A stretch of 64,000 nucleotides of DNA from Lingula anatina (lineage: Eukaryota > Animalia > Brachiopoda). The notes under the pieces were generated by a model. That model was not told the DNA's origin, did no database searches, and worked only from the letters and a program-made list of their open reading frames with translations. Of the stretch, positions 24,001 to 36,084 are shown piece by piece. How positions within the stretch are numbered: position 1 is the first letter of the stretch; each line of letters begins with the position of its first letter. Position numbers and translations under genes: made by a program. The stretch spans positions 2,728,001 through 2,792,000 of the forward strand of contig CM120647.1 in the NCBI GenBank assembly GCA_051362555.1. The letters are read 5' to 3'.

Positions 24001-24660
24001 CTGTCGAAATTGGCTCTAGTCCCTATGTAATACTTTAAAAATGCTGGAATTGGTCAAGACTAGTGCATGCTGTTTGTCGCGATTGGTTTGGTTCAACTAC
24101 CACAATCGGAATGTTGATGCTGTCGAAATCAGCTCTAATCCCTTTGTAGTACTTTAAAAATGCTGGAATTGGTCAGGACTAGCGCACTCGGTGTGTCGCG
24201 ATTGGTCAGGCTCAACAATCACTATCGGAATGTCGATGATGTCGAAATCGGCTGTAGTCCCTTTAAAAATGCTGGAATTGGTCAGGATTCGCGAAATCTG
24301 TTAGTCGCGATTGGTTCTGCTCAACTACCACAATCGGAATGTCGATGATGTCGAAATCGGCTCTAGCCCCTGTAGCAACTGCCGGATTTTGACTCTGGCT
24401 AGGTAGCTCAGTTGGTAGAGCAGTGGCTTGGTGTGCAAGAGTCCCAGGTTCGAATCTCAGAAGGAGACTGGGGTTTTTCTCCCAGTCTATCGATTGGTCC
24501 AGCTCAACTACCATAAACGGAGTGTCGATGCTGTCGAAATCGGCTCTAGTCCCATGTAGTACTTTAAAAATGCTGGAATTGGTCAGGACTCGCGAAATCT
24601 GTTTGTCGCGATTGGTCAGGCTCAACTACCACATTTGGAAAATAGAAGATGTCAAATTGG
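21003..24660 (+). repeat. Tandem array of about 110-120 bp monomers with 8 tRNA-derived units (left arm)
   Basis: 72-nt units start at 21173, 21594, 21896, 22416, 22936, 23456, 23867 and 24397; 520-bp period with a 1040-bp higher-order repeat. Confidence 0.92.
21896..21967 (+). ncRNA. tRNA-derived (pseudo-tRNA / SINE-head-like) unit, representative of 15 copies
   Basis: GGCTAGGTAGCTCAGTTGGTAGAGC...GGTTCGAATCC...GAGCC followed by TTTTT. D arm is perfect; acceptor, anticodon and T stems are mispaired; nominal anticodon GGT. Confidence 0.7.
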
Positions 24661-27600
24661 AATAAGAAAGCAAAAAAAAGGGCTTCAGAGAACAAAAAAA
24701 GAAAGGAAAAGAATGGTTTAACAGCGACTTTAGAGACACAAAAAGAAGGCTTTAGAGGGCCTTAGAGAAACGAAAAGACGGGTTTTAGAGAGCAAAAAAG
24801 AAAGAAAAAGAATGGCTTTAGAAGGGCTTTAGAGACACGCAAAGAAGGCTTTAGAGACACGAAAAGAAGGCTTTACAGAGCAAAAAAGAAAGGAAAAGAA
24901 GTGCTTAAGAAGGGCTTTGAAGACACGAAAAGAAGGCTTTAGAGACACGAAAAGAAAGAAAAAGAAGGGCTTTAGAAGAGCTTTAGAGACACGCAAAGAA
25001 GGCTTTAGAGACACTAAAAGAAAGAAAAAGAAGGGCTTTAGAAGAGCTTTAGAGACACGCAAAGAAGGCTTTAGAGACACGAAAAGAAAGAAAAAGAAGG
25101 ACTTTAGAAGGGCTTTAGAGACACGCAAAGATGGCTTTAGAGACACGAAAAGAAAGGAAAAAAAGGGCTTTAGAAGGGCATTAGAGACACGAAAGGAAGG
25201 AAAAGAAGGGCTTTAGAAGGGCTGTAGAGACACGAAAAGAAGGCTTTACAGACAAGAAAAGAAAGGAAAAGAAAGGCTTTCGAAGGGCTTTAAAGACACG
25301 AAAGGAAGGAAAAGAAGGGCTTTACAGAGCTAAAAAGAATGGAAAAGAAGGGCTTTAGAAGGGCTGTAGAGACACGAAAGGAAGGAAAAGAAGGGCTTTA
25401 CAGAGCAAAAAAGAATGGAAAAGAAGGGCTTTAGAAGGGCTGTAGAGACTCGAAAGGAAAGAAAGAAAGGCTTTACAGAGCAAAAAAGAAAGGAAAAGAA
25501 GGGCTTTTGAAGGGCTGTAAAGAAAGGCTTCAGAGACACGAAAAGAAAGGGTTTTGAAGGGCTTTAGAAGGGGTTTAGAGACACGAAAAGAAGGCTTTAG
25601 AGACGCGAAAAGAAAGGAAAAGAAAGGGTTTTGAAGGGCTTTAGAGACACGAAAGGAAGGAAAAGAAGGGCTTTAGAAGGGGGTTTAGAGACACGAAAAG
25701 AAGGCTTGAGAGACGCGAAAAGAAAGAAAAAGAAGGGCTTTAGAAGGGCTGTAGAGACACGAAAAGAAGGCTTTAGAGACAAGAAAAGAAAGGAAAAGAA
25801 AGGCTTTTGAAGGGCTTTAGTGACACGAAAGGAAGGAAAAGAAGGGCTTTACAGAGCAAAAAAGAAGGGAAAAGAAGGGCTTTAGAAGGGCTGTAGAGAC
25901 ACGAAAGGAAGGAAAAGAAGGGCTTTACAGAGCAAAAAAGAATGGAAAAGAAGGGCTTTAGAAGGGCTGTAGAGACACAAAAAGAAAGGCTTCAGAGACA
26001 CGAAAAGAAGGCTTTAGAGACGCGAAAAGAAAGGAAAAGAAGGGCTTTAGAAGGGGTTTAGAGACACGAAAAGAAGGCTTTAGAGACAAGTAAAGAAAGG
26101 GTTTTGAAGGGCTTTAGAAGACACGAAAGGAAGGCTTTAGAGACAAGAAAAGAAAGAAAAAGAAGGGCTTTAGAAGGGCTGTAGAGACACGAAAAGAAGG
26201 CTTTAGAAACGCGAAAAGAAAGAAAAAGAAGGGCTGTAGAGACACGAAAAGAAGGCTTTAGAGACGCGAAAAGAAAGGAAAAGAAAGGGTTTTGAAGGGC
26301 TTTAGAGACACGAAAGGAAGGAAAAGAAGGGGTTTTGAAGGGCTTTAGAGACACGAAAGGAAGGCTTTAGAGACAAGAAAAGAAAGAAAAAGAAGGGCTT
26401 TAGAAGGGCTGTAGAGATACGAAAAGAAGGAAAAGAAGGGCTTTACAGAGCAAAAAAGAAGGGAAAAGAAGGGCTTTAGAAGGGCTGTAGAGACAAGAAA
26501 AGAAAGGAAAAGAAGGGCTTTAGAAGGGCTTTACAGAGCAAAAAAAGATTGGAAAAGAAGGGCTTTAGAAAGGCTGTAGAGACACGAAAGGAAAGAAAGA
26601 AGGGCTTTACAGAGCAAAAAAGAAAGGAAAAGAAGGGCTTTAGAAGGGCTTTAGAGACACAAAAAGAAGGCTTTACAGAGCAAAAAAGAAAGGAAAAGAA
26701 GGGCTTTGAAGACACGAAAAGAAGGCTTTAGAGACGCGAAAAGAAAGAAAAAGAAGGGCTTAAGAAGGGCTGTAGAGACACGAAAAGAATGCTTCAGAGA
26801 TACGAAAAGTAGGCTCTAGAGACACGAAAAGAAAGGAAAAGAAGGGCTTTAGAAGGGCTTTACAGAGCAAAAAAAGATTGGAAAAGAAGGGCTTTAGAAA
26901 GGCTGTAGAGACACGAAAGGAAAGAAAGAAGGGCTTTACAGAGCAAAAAAGAAAGGAAAAGAAGGGCTTTAGAAGGGCTTTTGAGACACAAAAAGAAGGC
27001 TTTACAGAGCAAAAAAGAAAGGAAAAGAAGGGCTTTGAAGACACGAAAAGAAGGCTTTAGAGACGCGAAAAGAAAGAAAAAGAAGGGCTTAAGAAGGGCT
27101 GTAGAGACACGAAAAGAATGCTTCAGAGATACGAAAAGTAGGCTCTAGAGACACGAAAAGAAAGGAAAAGAAGGGCTTTAGAAGGGCTTTACAGAGCAAA
27201 AAAGATTGGAAAAGAAGAGCTTTAGAAGGGCTTTAAAGACACGAAAAGAAAGAAAAAAAGGGCTTAAGAAGGGCTGTAGAGAGCCAAAAAAGAAAGGAAA
27301 AGAAGAGCTTTTGAACGGCTTTAGAGACACGAAAAGAAGGCTTTAGAGACAAGTAAAGAAAGGAAAAGAAAGGGTTTTGAAGGGCTTTAGAAGACACGAA
27401 AGGAAGGCTTTAGAGACAAGAAAAGAAAGAAAAAGAAGGGCTTTAGAAGGGCTGTAGAGACACGAAAAGAAGGCTTTAGAAACGCGAAAAGAAAGAAAAA
27501 GAAGGGCTGTAGAGACACGAAAAGAAGGCTTTAGAGACGCGAAAAGAAAGGAAAAGAAAGGGTTTTGAAGGGCTTTAGAGACATGAAAGGAAGGAAAAGA

Positions 27601-28755
27601 AGGGGTTTTGAAGGGCTTTAGAGACACGAAAGGAAGGCTTTAGAGACAAGAAAAGAAAGAAAAAGAAGGGCTTTAGAAGGGCTGTAGAGACACGAAAAGA
27701 AGGAAAAGAAGGGCTTTACAGAGCAAAAAAGAAGGGAAAAGAAGGGCTTTAGAAGGGGTTTAGAGACACGAAAAGAAGGCTTTAGAGACAAGTAAAGAAA
27801 GGAAAAGAAAGGGTTTTGAAGGGCTTTAGAGACACGAAAGGAAGGCTTTAGAGACAAGAAAAGAAAGAAAAAGAAGGGCTTTAGAAGGGCTGTAGAGACA
27901 CGAAAAGAAGGAAAAGAAGGGCTTTACAGAGCAAAAAAGAAGGGAAAAGAAGGGCTTTAGAAGGGGTTTAGAGACACGAAAAGAAGGCTTTAGAGACAAG
28001 TAAAGAAAGGAAAAGAAGGGCTTTAGAAGGGCTGTAGAGACACGAAAAGAAGGAAAAGAAGGGCTTTACAGAGCAAAAAAGAAGGGAAAAGAAGGGCTTT
28101 AGAAGGGCTGTAGAGACAAGAAAAGAAAGGAAAAGAAGGGCTTTAGAAGGGCTTTACAGAGCAAAAAAGATTGGAAAAGAAGGGCTTTAGAAAGGCTGTA
28201 GAGACACGAAAGGAAAGAAAGAAGGGCTTTACAGAGCAAAAAAGAAAGGAAAAGAAGGGCTTTAGAAAGGCTTTAGAGACACAAAAAGAAGGCTTTACAG
28301 AGCAAAAAAGAAAGGAAAAGAAGGGCTTTGAAGACACGAAAAGAAGGCTTTAGAGACGCGAAAAGAAAGAAAAAGAAGGGCTTAAGAAGGGCTGTAGAGA
28401 CACGAAAAGAATGCTTCAGAGATACGAAAAGTAGGCTCTAGAGACACGAAAAGAAAGGAAAAGAAGGGCTTTAGAAGGGCTTTACAGAGCAAAAAAGATT
28501 GGAAAAGAAGAGCTTTAGAAGGGCTTTAAAGACACGAAAAGAAAGAAAAAAAGGGCTTAAGAAGGGCTGTAGAGAGCAAAAAAAGAAAGGAAAAGAAGAG
28601 CTTTTGAACGGCTTTAGAGACACGAAAAGAAGGCTTTAGAGACACAAAAAGAAAGAAAAAGAAGGGCTTTAGAAGGGCTTTACAGAGCAAAAAAAGAAAG
28701 GAAATGAAGAGCTTTTGAACGGCTTTAGAGACACGAAAAGAAGGAAAAGTAGGGC
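24660..28755 (+). repeat. Purine-rich complex satellite
   Basis: Shuffled modules AGAGACACGAAAAGAA, AAGGGCTTTAG and ACAGAGCAAAAAAG; internal duplications such as the 329-bp offset 26549/26878. Confidence 0.93.
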
Positions 28756-31350
28756 CTTTTCTTTCTTCTCTAAAACCCTTCTTTTCCTTTCTTTTCGTGT
28801 CACTGAAGCCCTTCAAAAGCCCTTCTCTTCCTTTCTATTTTGCTCTGTAAAGCCCTTCTAAAGCTCTTCTTTTCCTTTCTTTTTTGCTCTGTAAAGCCCT
28901 TCTTAAGCCATTTTTTTACTTTCTTTTTGAGTCTTTAAAGCCCTTCTAAAGCCTTTCTTTTTCTTTCTTTTCGTGTTTCTAAAGACTTCTTTTCGTGTCT
29001 CTAAAGCCCTTCTAAAGTCCTTCTTGTCCTTTCTTTTCGTGTCTCTAAATCCTTCTTTTCGTGTCTCTAAAGCCCTTCTAAAGCCCTTCTTTTCCTTTCT
29101 TTTTTGCTCTGTAAAGCCCTTCTAATGCCCTTTTTTTGCTTTCTTTTCGTGTCTCTAAAGCCATCTTTGCGTGTCTCTAAAGCCCTTCTAAAGTCCTTCT
29201 TTTTCTTTCTTTTCGTGTCTCTAAAGCCTTCTTTGCGTGTCTCTAAAGCTCTTCTTAAGCCATTCTTTTTCTTTCTTTTCGTGTCTCTAAAGCCTTCTTT
29301 TCGTGTCTTCAAAGCCCTTCTTAAGCCCTTCTTTTCCTTTCTTTTTTGCTCTGTAAAGCCTACTTTTCATGTCTCTAAAGCCCTTCTAAAGCCCTTCTTT
29401 TTCTTTCTTTTTCGTGTCTTCAAAGCCCTTCTTTTCCTTTCTTTTTTGCTCTGTAAAGCCCTTCTAATGCCCTTTTTTGCTTTCTTTTCGTGTCTCTAAA
29501 GCCATCTTTGCGTGTCTCTAAAGCCCTTCTAAAGTCCTCCTTTTTCTTTCTTTTCGTGTCTCTAAAGCCTTCTTTTCGTGTCTTCAAAGCCCTTCTTAAG
29601 CCCTTCTTTTCCTTTCTTTTTTGCTCTGTAAAGCCTACATTTCATGTCTCTAAAGCCCTTCTAAAGCCCTTCTTTTTCTTTCTTTTTCGTGTCTTCAAAG
29701 CCCTTCTTTTCCTTTCTTTTTTGCTCTGTAAAGCCCTTCTAATGCCCTTTTTTGCTTTCTTTTCGTGTCTCTAAAGCCATCTTTGCGTGTCTCTAAAGCC
29801 CTTCTAAAGTCCTTCTTTTTCTTTCTTTTCGTGTCTCTAAAGCCTTCTTTTCGTGTCTTCAAAGCCCTTCTTAAGCACCTTCTTTTCCTTTCTTTTTTGC
29901 TCTGTAAAGCCTTCTTTTCGTGTCTCTAAAGCCATCTTTGCGTGTCTCTAAAGCCCTTCTAAAGCCCTTCTTTTCCTTTCTTTTTTGCTCTGTAAAGCCT
30001 TCTTTTCGTGTCTCTAAAGCCCTTCTAAAGCCCTTCTTTTCCTTTCTTTTTTTGCTCTGTAAAGCCCTTCTAATGCCCTTTATTTGCTTTCTTTTCGTGT
30101 CTCTAAAGCCATCTTTGCGTGTCTCTAAAGCCCTTCTAAAGTCCTTCTTTTTCTTTCTTTTCGTGTCTCTAAAGCCTTCTTTGCGTGTCTCTAAAGCTCT
30201 TCTAAAGCCCTTCTTTTTCTTTCTTTTCGTGTCTCTAAAGCCTTCTTTTCGTGTCTTTAAAGCCCTTCTAAAGCCCTTCTTTTCCTTTCTTTTTTGCTCT
30301 GTAAAGCCCTTCTAATGCCCTTTTTTTTCTTTCTTTGCGTGTCTCTAAAGCCCTTCTAAAGCCCTTCTTTTCCTTTCTTTTTTGCTCTGTAAAGCCTTCT
30401 TTTCGTGTCTCTAAAGCCCTTCTAAAGCCCTTCTTTTCCTTTCTTTTTTTGCTCTGTAAAGCCCTTCTAAAGCCCTTTTTTTGCTTTCTTTTCGTGTCTC
30501 TAAAGCCATCTTTGCGTGTCTCTAAAGCTCTTCTAAAGCCCTTCTTTTTCTTTCTTTTCGTGTCTCTAAAGCCTTCTTTTCGTGTATTCAAAGCCCTTCT
30601 TAAGCCCTTCTTTTACTTTCTTTTTATGTCTTTAAAGCCCTTCTAAAGCCCTTCTTTTTCTTTCTTTTTGTGTCTCTAAAGCCTTCTTTTCGTGTCTCTA
30701 AAGCCCTTCTAAAGCCCTTCTTCTCTTTCTTTTCGTGTCTCTAAAGCCATCTTTGCGTGTCTCTAAAGCCCTTCTAAAGTCCTTCTTTTCCTTTCTTTTT
30801 TGCTCTGTAAAGCCTTCTTTTCGTGTCTCTAAAGCCCTTCTAAAGCCCTTCTTTTCTTTCTTTTCATGTCTCTTAAGCCATCTTTGCGTGTCTCTAAAGC
30901 CCTTCTTAAGTCCTTCTTTTTCTTTCTTTTCGTGTCTCTAAAGCCTTCTTTGCGTGTCTCTAAAGCCCTTCTAAAGTCCTTCTTTTCCTTTCTTTTTTGC
31001 TCTGTAAAGCCTTCTTTTCGTGTCTCTAAAGCCCTTCTAAAGCCCTTCTTTTCTTTCTTTTCGTGTCTCTAAAGCCATCTTTGCGTGTCTCTAAAGCCCT
31101 TCTAAAGCCCTTCTTTTTCTTTCTTTTCGTGTCTCTAAAGCCATCTTTGCGTGTCTCTAAAGCCCTTCTAAAGTCCTTCTTTTTCTTTCTTTTCGTGTCT
31201 CTTAAGCACTTCTTTTCCTTTCTTTTTTGCTCTGTAAAGCCTTCTTTTCGTGTCTCTAAAGCCTTCTTTGCGTGTCTCTAAAGCCCTTCTAAAGCCATTC
31301 TTTTCCTTTCTTTTTTTGTTCTCTGAAGCCCTTTCTTTTGCTTTCTAATG
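28756..31350 (-). repeat. Same satellite, inverted
   Basis: CTAAAGCCCTT and TTCTTTTCGTGTCTCT modules; outer junction 31320-31400 mirrors 24620-24700. Confidence 0.93.
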
Positions 31351-34270
31351 CCAATTTGACATCTTCTTTTTTCCAATTGTGGTAGTTGAGCCTGACCAAT
31401 CGCAAGAAACAGTTTTCGCAAGTCCTGACCAATTCCAGCATTTTCAAAGTACTGCATAGGGTCTAGAGCCGATTTAGTAGTAGTTGTGGTAGTTGAGCTG
31501 GACCAATCGATAGACTGGGAGAAAAACCCCAGGCTCCCTCTGGGATTCGAACTTGGGACGCTTGCACTCCAAGCCACTGCTCTACCAACTGAGCTACCTA
31601 GCCAGAGTCAAAATCCGGCAGCTGCTACAGGGGCTAGAGCCGATTTCGACAGCATCGACATTCCGATAGTGATTGTTGAGCCTGACCTATTGCGACACAC
31701 CGATTGTGCTAGTCCTGACCAATTCCAGCATTTTTAAAGTACTACAAAGGGACTACAGCCGATTTCGACAGCATCGACATTTCGATTGTGGTAGTTGAGC
31801 AGAACCAATTGCGACAAACAGATTTCGCGAGTCCTGACCAATTCCAGCATTTTTAAAGTACTACATAGGGACTAGAGCCGATTTCGACAGCATCAACACT
31901 CCGATTATGGAAGTTGAGTTGGACCAATCGATAGAATGGAAGAAAAACCCCAGGCTCCCTCTGGGATTCGAACCTGGGACTCTTGCACACCAAGCCACTG
32001 CTCTACCAACTGAGCTACCTAGCCAGAGTCAAAATCCGGCAGCTGCTACAGGGGCTAGAACCGATTTCGACATCATCGACATTCCGATTGTGGTAGTTGA
32101 GCCGAACCAATCGCACCAAACAGATTTCGTGAGTCCTGACCAATTTAAAGTACCACAAAGGGACTAGAGCCAATTTCGACAGCATCAACACTGCAATTGT
32201 GGTAGTTGAGCTGGACCAATGGATAAACTGATAGAAAAACCCCAGGCTCCCTCTGGGATTCGAACCTGGAACTCTTGCACACCAAGCCACTGCTCTACCA
32301 ACTGAGCTACCTAGCCAGAGTCAAAATCCGACAGTTGCTACAGGTGCTAGAGCCGATTTCGACATCATCGACATTCCGATTGTGGTAGTTGAGCAGAACC
32401 AATCGCGACAAACAGATTTCGCGAGTCTTGACCAATTCCAGCATTTTTAAAGGGACTTCAGCCGATTTCGACAGCATCGACATTCCGATTGTGGTAGTTG
32501 CGCCAAACCAATCGCGACAAACAGATTGCGCTAGTCCTGATCAATTCCAGCATTTTTAAAGTACTACATAGGGACTAGAGCCAATTTCGACAGCATCAAC
32601 ACTCCGATTGTGGTAGTAGAGCTGGACCAATTGATAGGCTGGGAGAAAAAACCCAGGCTCCCTCTGGGATTCGAACCTGGGACTCTTGCACACCAAGCCA
32701 TTGCTCTACCAACTGAGCTACCTAGCCAGAGTCAAAATCCGACAGTTGCTACAGGGGCTAGAGCCGATTTCGACATCATCGATATTCCGATAGTGATTGT
32801 TGAACCTGACCAATCGCGACACACCGATTTCGCTAGTCCTGACCAATTCCAGCATTTTTAAAGTACTACAAAGGGACTAGCGCTGATTTCGACAGCATCG
32901 ACATTCTGATTGTGGTAGTTGAGCTGAACCAATCGCAACAAACAGATTTTGCGAGTCCTGACCAATTTAAAGTACCACAAAAGGACTAGAGCCAATTTCG
33001 ACAGCATCGACACTGCGATTGTGGTAGTTGAGCTGGACCAATGGATAGACTGATAGAAAAACCCCAGGCTCCCTCTGGGATTCGAACCTGGGACTCTTGC
33101 ACACCAAGCCACTGCTCTACCAACTGAGCTACCTAGCCAGAGTCAAAATCCGGCAGCTGCTACAGGGGCTAGAGCCGATTTCGACATCATCGACATTCCG
33201 ATTGTGGTAGTTGAGCGGAACCAATCGCGCCAAACAGATTTCGCGAGTCCTGACCAATTCCAGCATTTTTAAAGGGACTACAGCCGATTTCGACAGCATC
33301 GACATTCCGATTGTGGTAGTTGAGCCGAACCAATCGCGACAAACAGATTTCGCGAGTCCTGACCAATTCCAGCATTTTTAAAGTATTACATAGGGACTAG
33401 AGCCAATTTCGACAGCATCGACACTCTGATTGTGGTGGTTGAGCTGGACCAATGGATAGGTCTGGGAGAAAAACCCCAGGCTCCCTCTGGGATTCGAACC
33501 TGGGACTCTTGCACACCAAGCCACTGCTCTACCAACTGAGCTACCTAGCCAGAGTCAAAATCCGGCAGCTGCTACAGGGGCTAGAGCCGATTTCGACATC
33601 ATCGACATTCCGATTGTGGTAGTTGAGCGGAACCAATCGCGCCAAACAGATTTCGCAAGTCCTGACCAATTCCAGCATTTTTAAAGGGACTAGAGCCGAT
33701 TTCGACAGCATCGACATTCCGATTGTGGTAGTTGAGCCAAACCAATCGCGACAAAAAGATTTCGCGAGTCCTGACCAATTCCAGCATTTTTAAAGTATTA
33801 CATAGGGACTAGAGCCAATTTCGACAGCATCGACACTCTGATTGTGGTAGTTGAGCCGAACCAATCGCGACACACAGATTGCGCTAGTCTTGGCCAATTT
33901 GCAGTATTTTTTAAAGTACTACAAAGGGACTAGAGCTGATTTCGACAGCATCGACACTCTGATTGTGGTAGTTGAGCTGGACCAATCGATAGGCTGGGAG
34001 AAAAACCCCAGGCTCCCTGTGGGATTCGAACCTGGGACTCTTTCACACCAAGCCACTGCTCTACCAACTGAGCTACCTAGCCAGAGTCAAAATCCAGCAG
34101 CTGCTACAGGGGCTAGAGCCTAATTTAACATCTTCGATTTTCCAATTGTGGTAGTTGAGCCTGAACTATTGCGACACATAGATTGGGCTGGTCCTGACCA
34201 ATTCCAGCATTTTTAAAGTACTACAAAGGGACTAAACCAATTTCGACAGCATCGATATTCCGATTGTGGC
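31350..34270 (-). repeat. Inverted tandem array with 7 tRNA-derived units (right arm)
   Basis: Units at 31532-31603, 31953-32024, 32245-32316, 32656-32727, 33067-33138, 33479-33550 and 34011-34082; spacing mostly about 411 bp. Confidence 0.92.
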
Positions 34271-34479
34271 AGCTCAACTACCACAATCTGAATGTAGATG
34301 CTGTGGAAATCGGCTCTAGTCACTTTAATTTGAAAGTCAAAGATGTTATAATTGGATCTAGCCCCTGTAGTGGCTGGCAAGTGTTAGCCCTTGCTGGGTA
34401 GCTCAGTTGATAGAGCAGTCGCACCGTTCGTTTGCATTAGTTTGGGGTTCGTCTTCTGGTCGGGCCCGGTCTCCCCCCC

Positions 34480-34887
34480 CCCCCCCCCCCCCCATCGCTC
34501 TCATTACTGTAATTGTCGCAATTTCGGTGTGTGTAAAGCGTTGCGATTGGTCCCAGGTCATTTAATAAGATGATTGCATAACCGGTATCGTCGTCGATCT
34601 GCGGCAATAGTGTAAACATTATTCTTTAATGTCAGGTTGGTGGCGGTGGCAATATATTGGTGCAGATAAATGGTGTAAGCGTGGCCAATTGGTTCAAAAT
34701 CTAGGACGGGGCTGATCTTTACAAATCAATGGGAATTAGAATTTCTAGTATTAATGGGGTGGGGTATTTCTGTTTGTAAACCCGACTGTTTGTTTATCTC
34801 AACTCTCCTCAAGAAGGAGTCCGAGTCTGCGCAGATGCGTTTCCGGTGCATTTCCAATTCTCAGACGACACGAAGATTCCGGCTAAA
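34480..34887 (+). promoter_or_regulatory. Putative UGGT promoter / 5' UTR
   Basis: CpG-richer segment upstream of ATG|GTAAG with CCAAT boxes, ETS-like TTCCGG, and NRF1-like TGCGCAGATGCG. Confidence 0.55.
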
Positions 34888-34890
34888 ATG
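34888..34890 (+). CDS. UGGT: UGGT exon 1 coding part (ATG only)
   Basis: AAAATG|GTAAGC; phase 0 join to AGLVLLV.. gives a signal peptide. Confidence 0.7.
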
Positions 34891-36026
34891 GTAAGCAGCA
34901 TACGTGTTTATTATTTGTGAAAGATTTTTGTAAGTCTACTGCTCAGCTTATTTGCCTGATTGTGCGATTGTGTGTGAGTTCGTGGTCGAGTTTCCGTCCG
35001 GTGCTAGAGGCCACAATTTAAGAGATTTTTGCTTCAAAAATTTTCAGTTTGCAGATAGAATAATTGTTAGAATGAAGTGATTTTCTTCATAATCTTGTTT
35101 AGTGTTTTTTCGTTACAAAATTCCCGAAGATATGAAATTTATTGAAGTTTGCGATGGAGGCTGTGTGAATGACTCAAAGACAGTGATTGTTGACCACGCA
35201 CTAGTAGTACTCTGTTAACTGTACATGTATGTGTGATGAACACGGGTTTGTTATGATCAATTAAAGCCAAGTAGATCCAAGACGGTAACCTTTATTGCCT
35301 TATGCTTTTCTCTTCTGACCCTTGAGCTTATTTGGCCTTCTTATATACAGTTTGCTCTCCAAAACATCAAACATTGGACCCTTGAGCAGGCCCCAAACCC
35401 CACACCAAGGGGCGATGAGCAGCTTCACAACTGAGGCCTGTCATTTTGGACCCCCCCCCCACCCCCTTCAAATAATCCTGGATCCACCCGTGCCCATTAT
35501 GTAATGATGATGATGATACCTTGATACTTCACGTGCCTTCACAGATTAAGAAAATTGTCATTGTCAAAGAAGGCAGGACATTTACTTTGGAAGTGTAGAT
35601 TTTTAAACTTGTTTTCACATTCTGTATTTTGAGCAACTTGTCATTCAAATTCAAGAACGCTAACTATCAGTTTTTGGATAAATGCTGTTTCATGATATCA
35701 AAAGTTTGAGAAATGACTTGTTTTCATTGATGTCTGATCCGTGGTAGGCACTAGGACCCGATATACAGATACTGGGCCCTTATTAGCTAGTGAGTAACGG
35801 GAGTGCAACAGACCTGTCACCATGAAACGCACTAGTATGTGATATGCCTGTATATGGAATACAGCACGGCCGAGTCTTTTGTTCTGCTGCTAGCTGTGGT
35901 TTAAATGAACATATAGCAAAATATGATGCATATTCTAAGTGGAAAGTGTGCTCATAAGATTGGCGCCAAGTTGAAATATTGATGTCCGTGTCTCATTGTT
36001 GTTGGAACTTATAATTTTGGATGTGA

Positions 36027-36084
<58 letters not shown>

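Noticed and set aside
21003-24660. CRISPR-like array
   Set aside because: Intervening sequences are themselves repeats rather than unique spacers; no cas genes; spliceosomal eukaryotic context
24829-31281. Many K/R/E-rich and F/L/S-rich ORFs
   Set aside because: Translations of the low-complexity satellite in several frames and strands, with frequent frameshifts and no gene structure
21173-34082. Functional tRNA gene cluster
   Set aside because: Only the D stem pairs; acceptor, anticodon and T stems are mismatched in all copies
21021-34123. Repeated 60-120 aa ORFs (MAWCARVPGSNP.., MVVELDQ..)
   Set aside because: By-products of the tandem tRNA-like array; overlapping frames on both strands
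21003-34470. Single Foldback-type transposon insertion
   Set aside because: Inverted homology extends many kb beyond the repeats into UGGT promoter, exons and introns, and no TSD is visible
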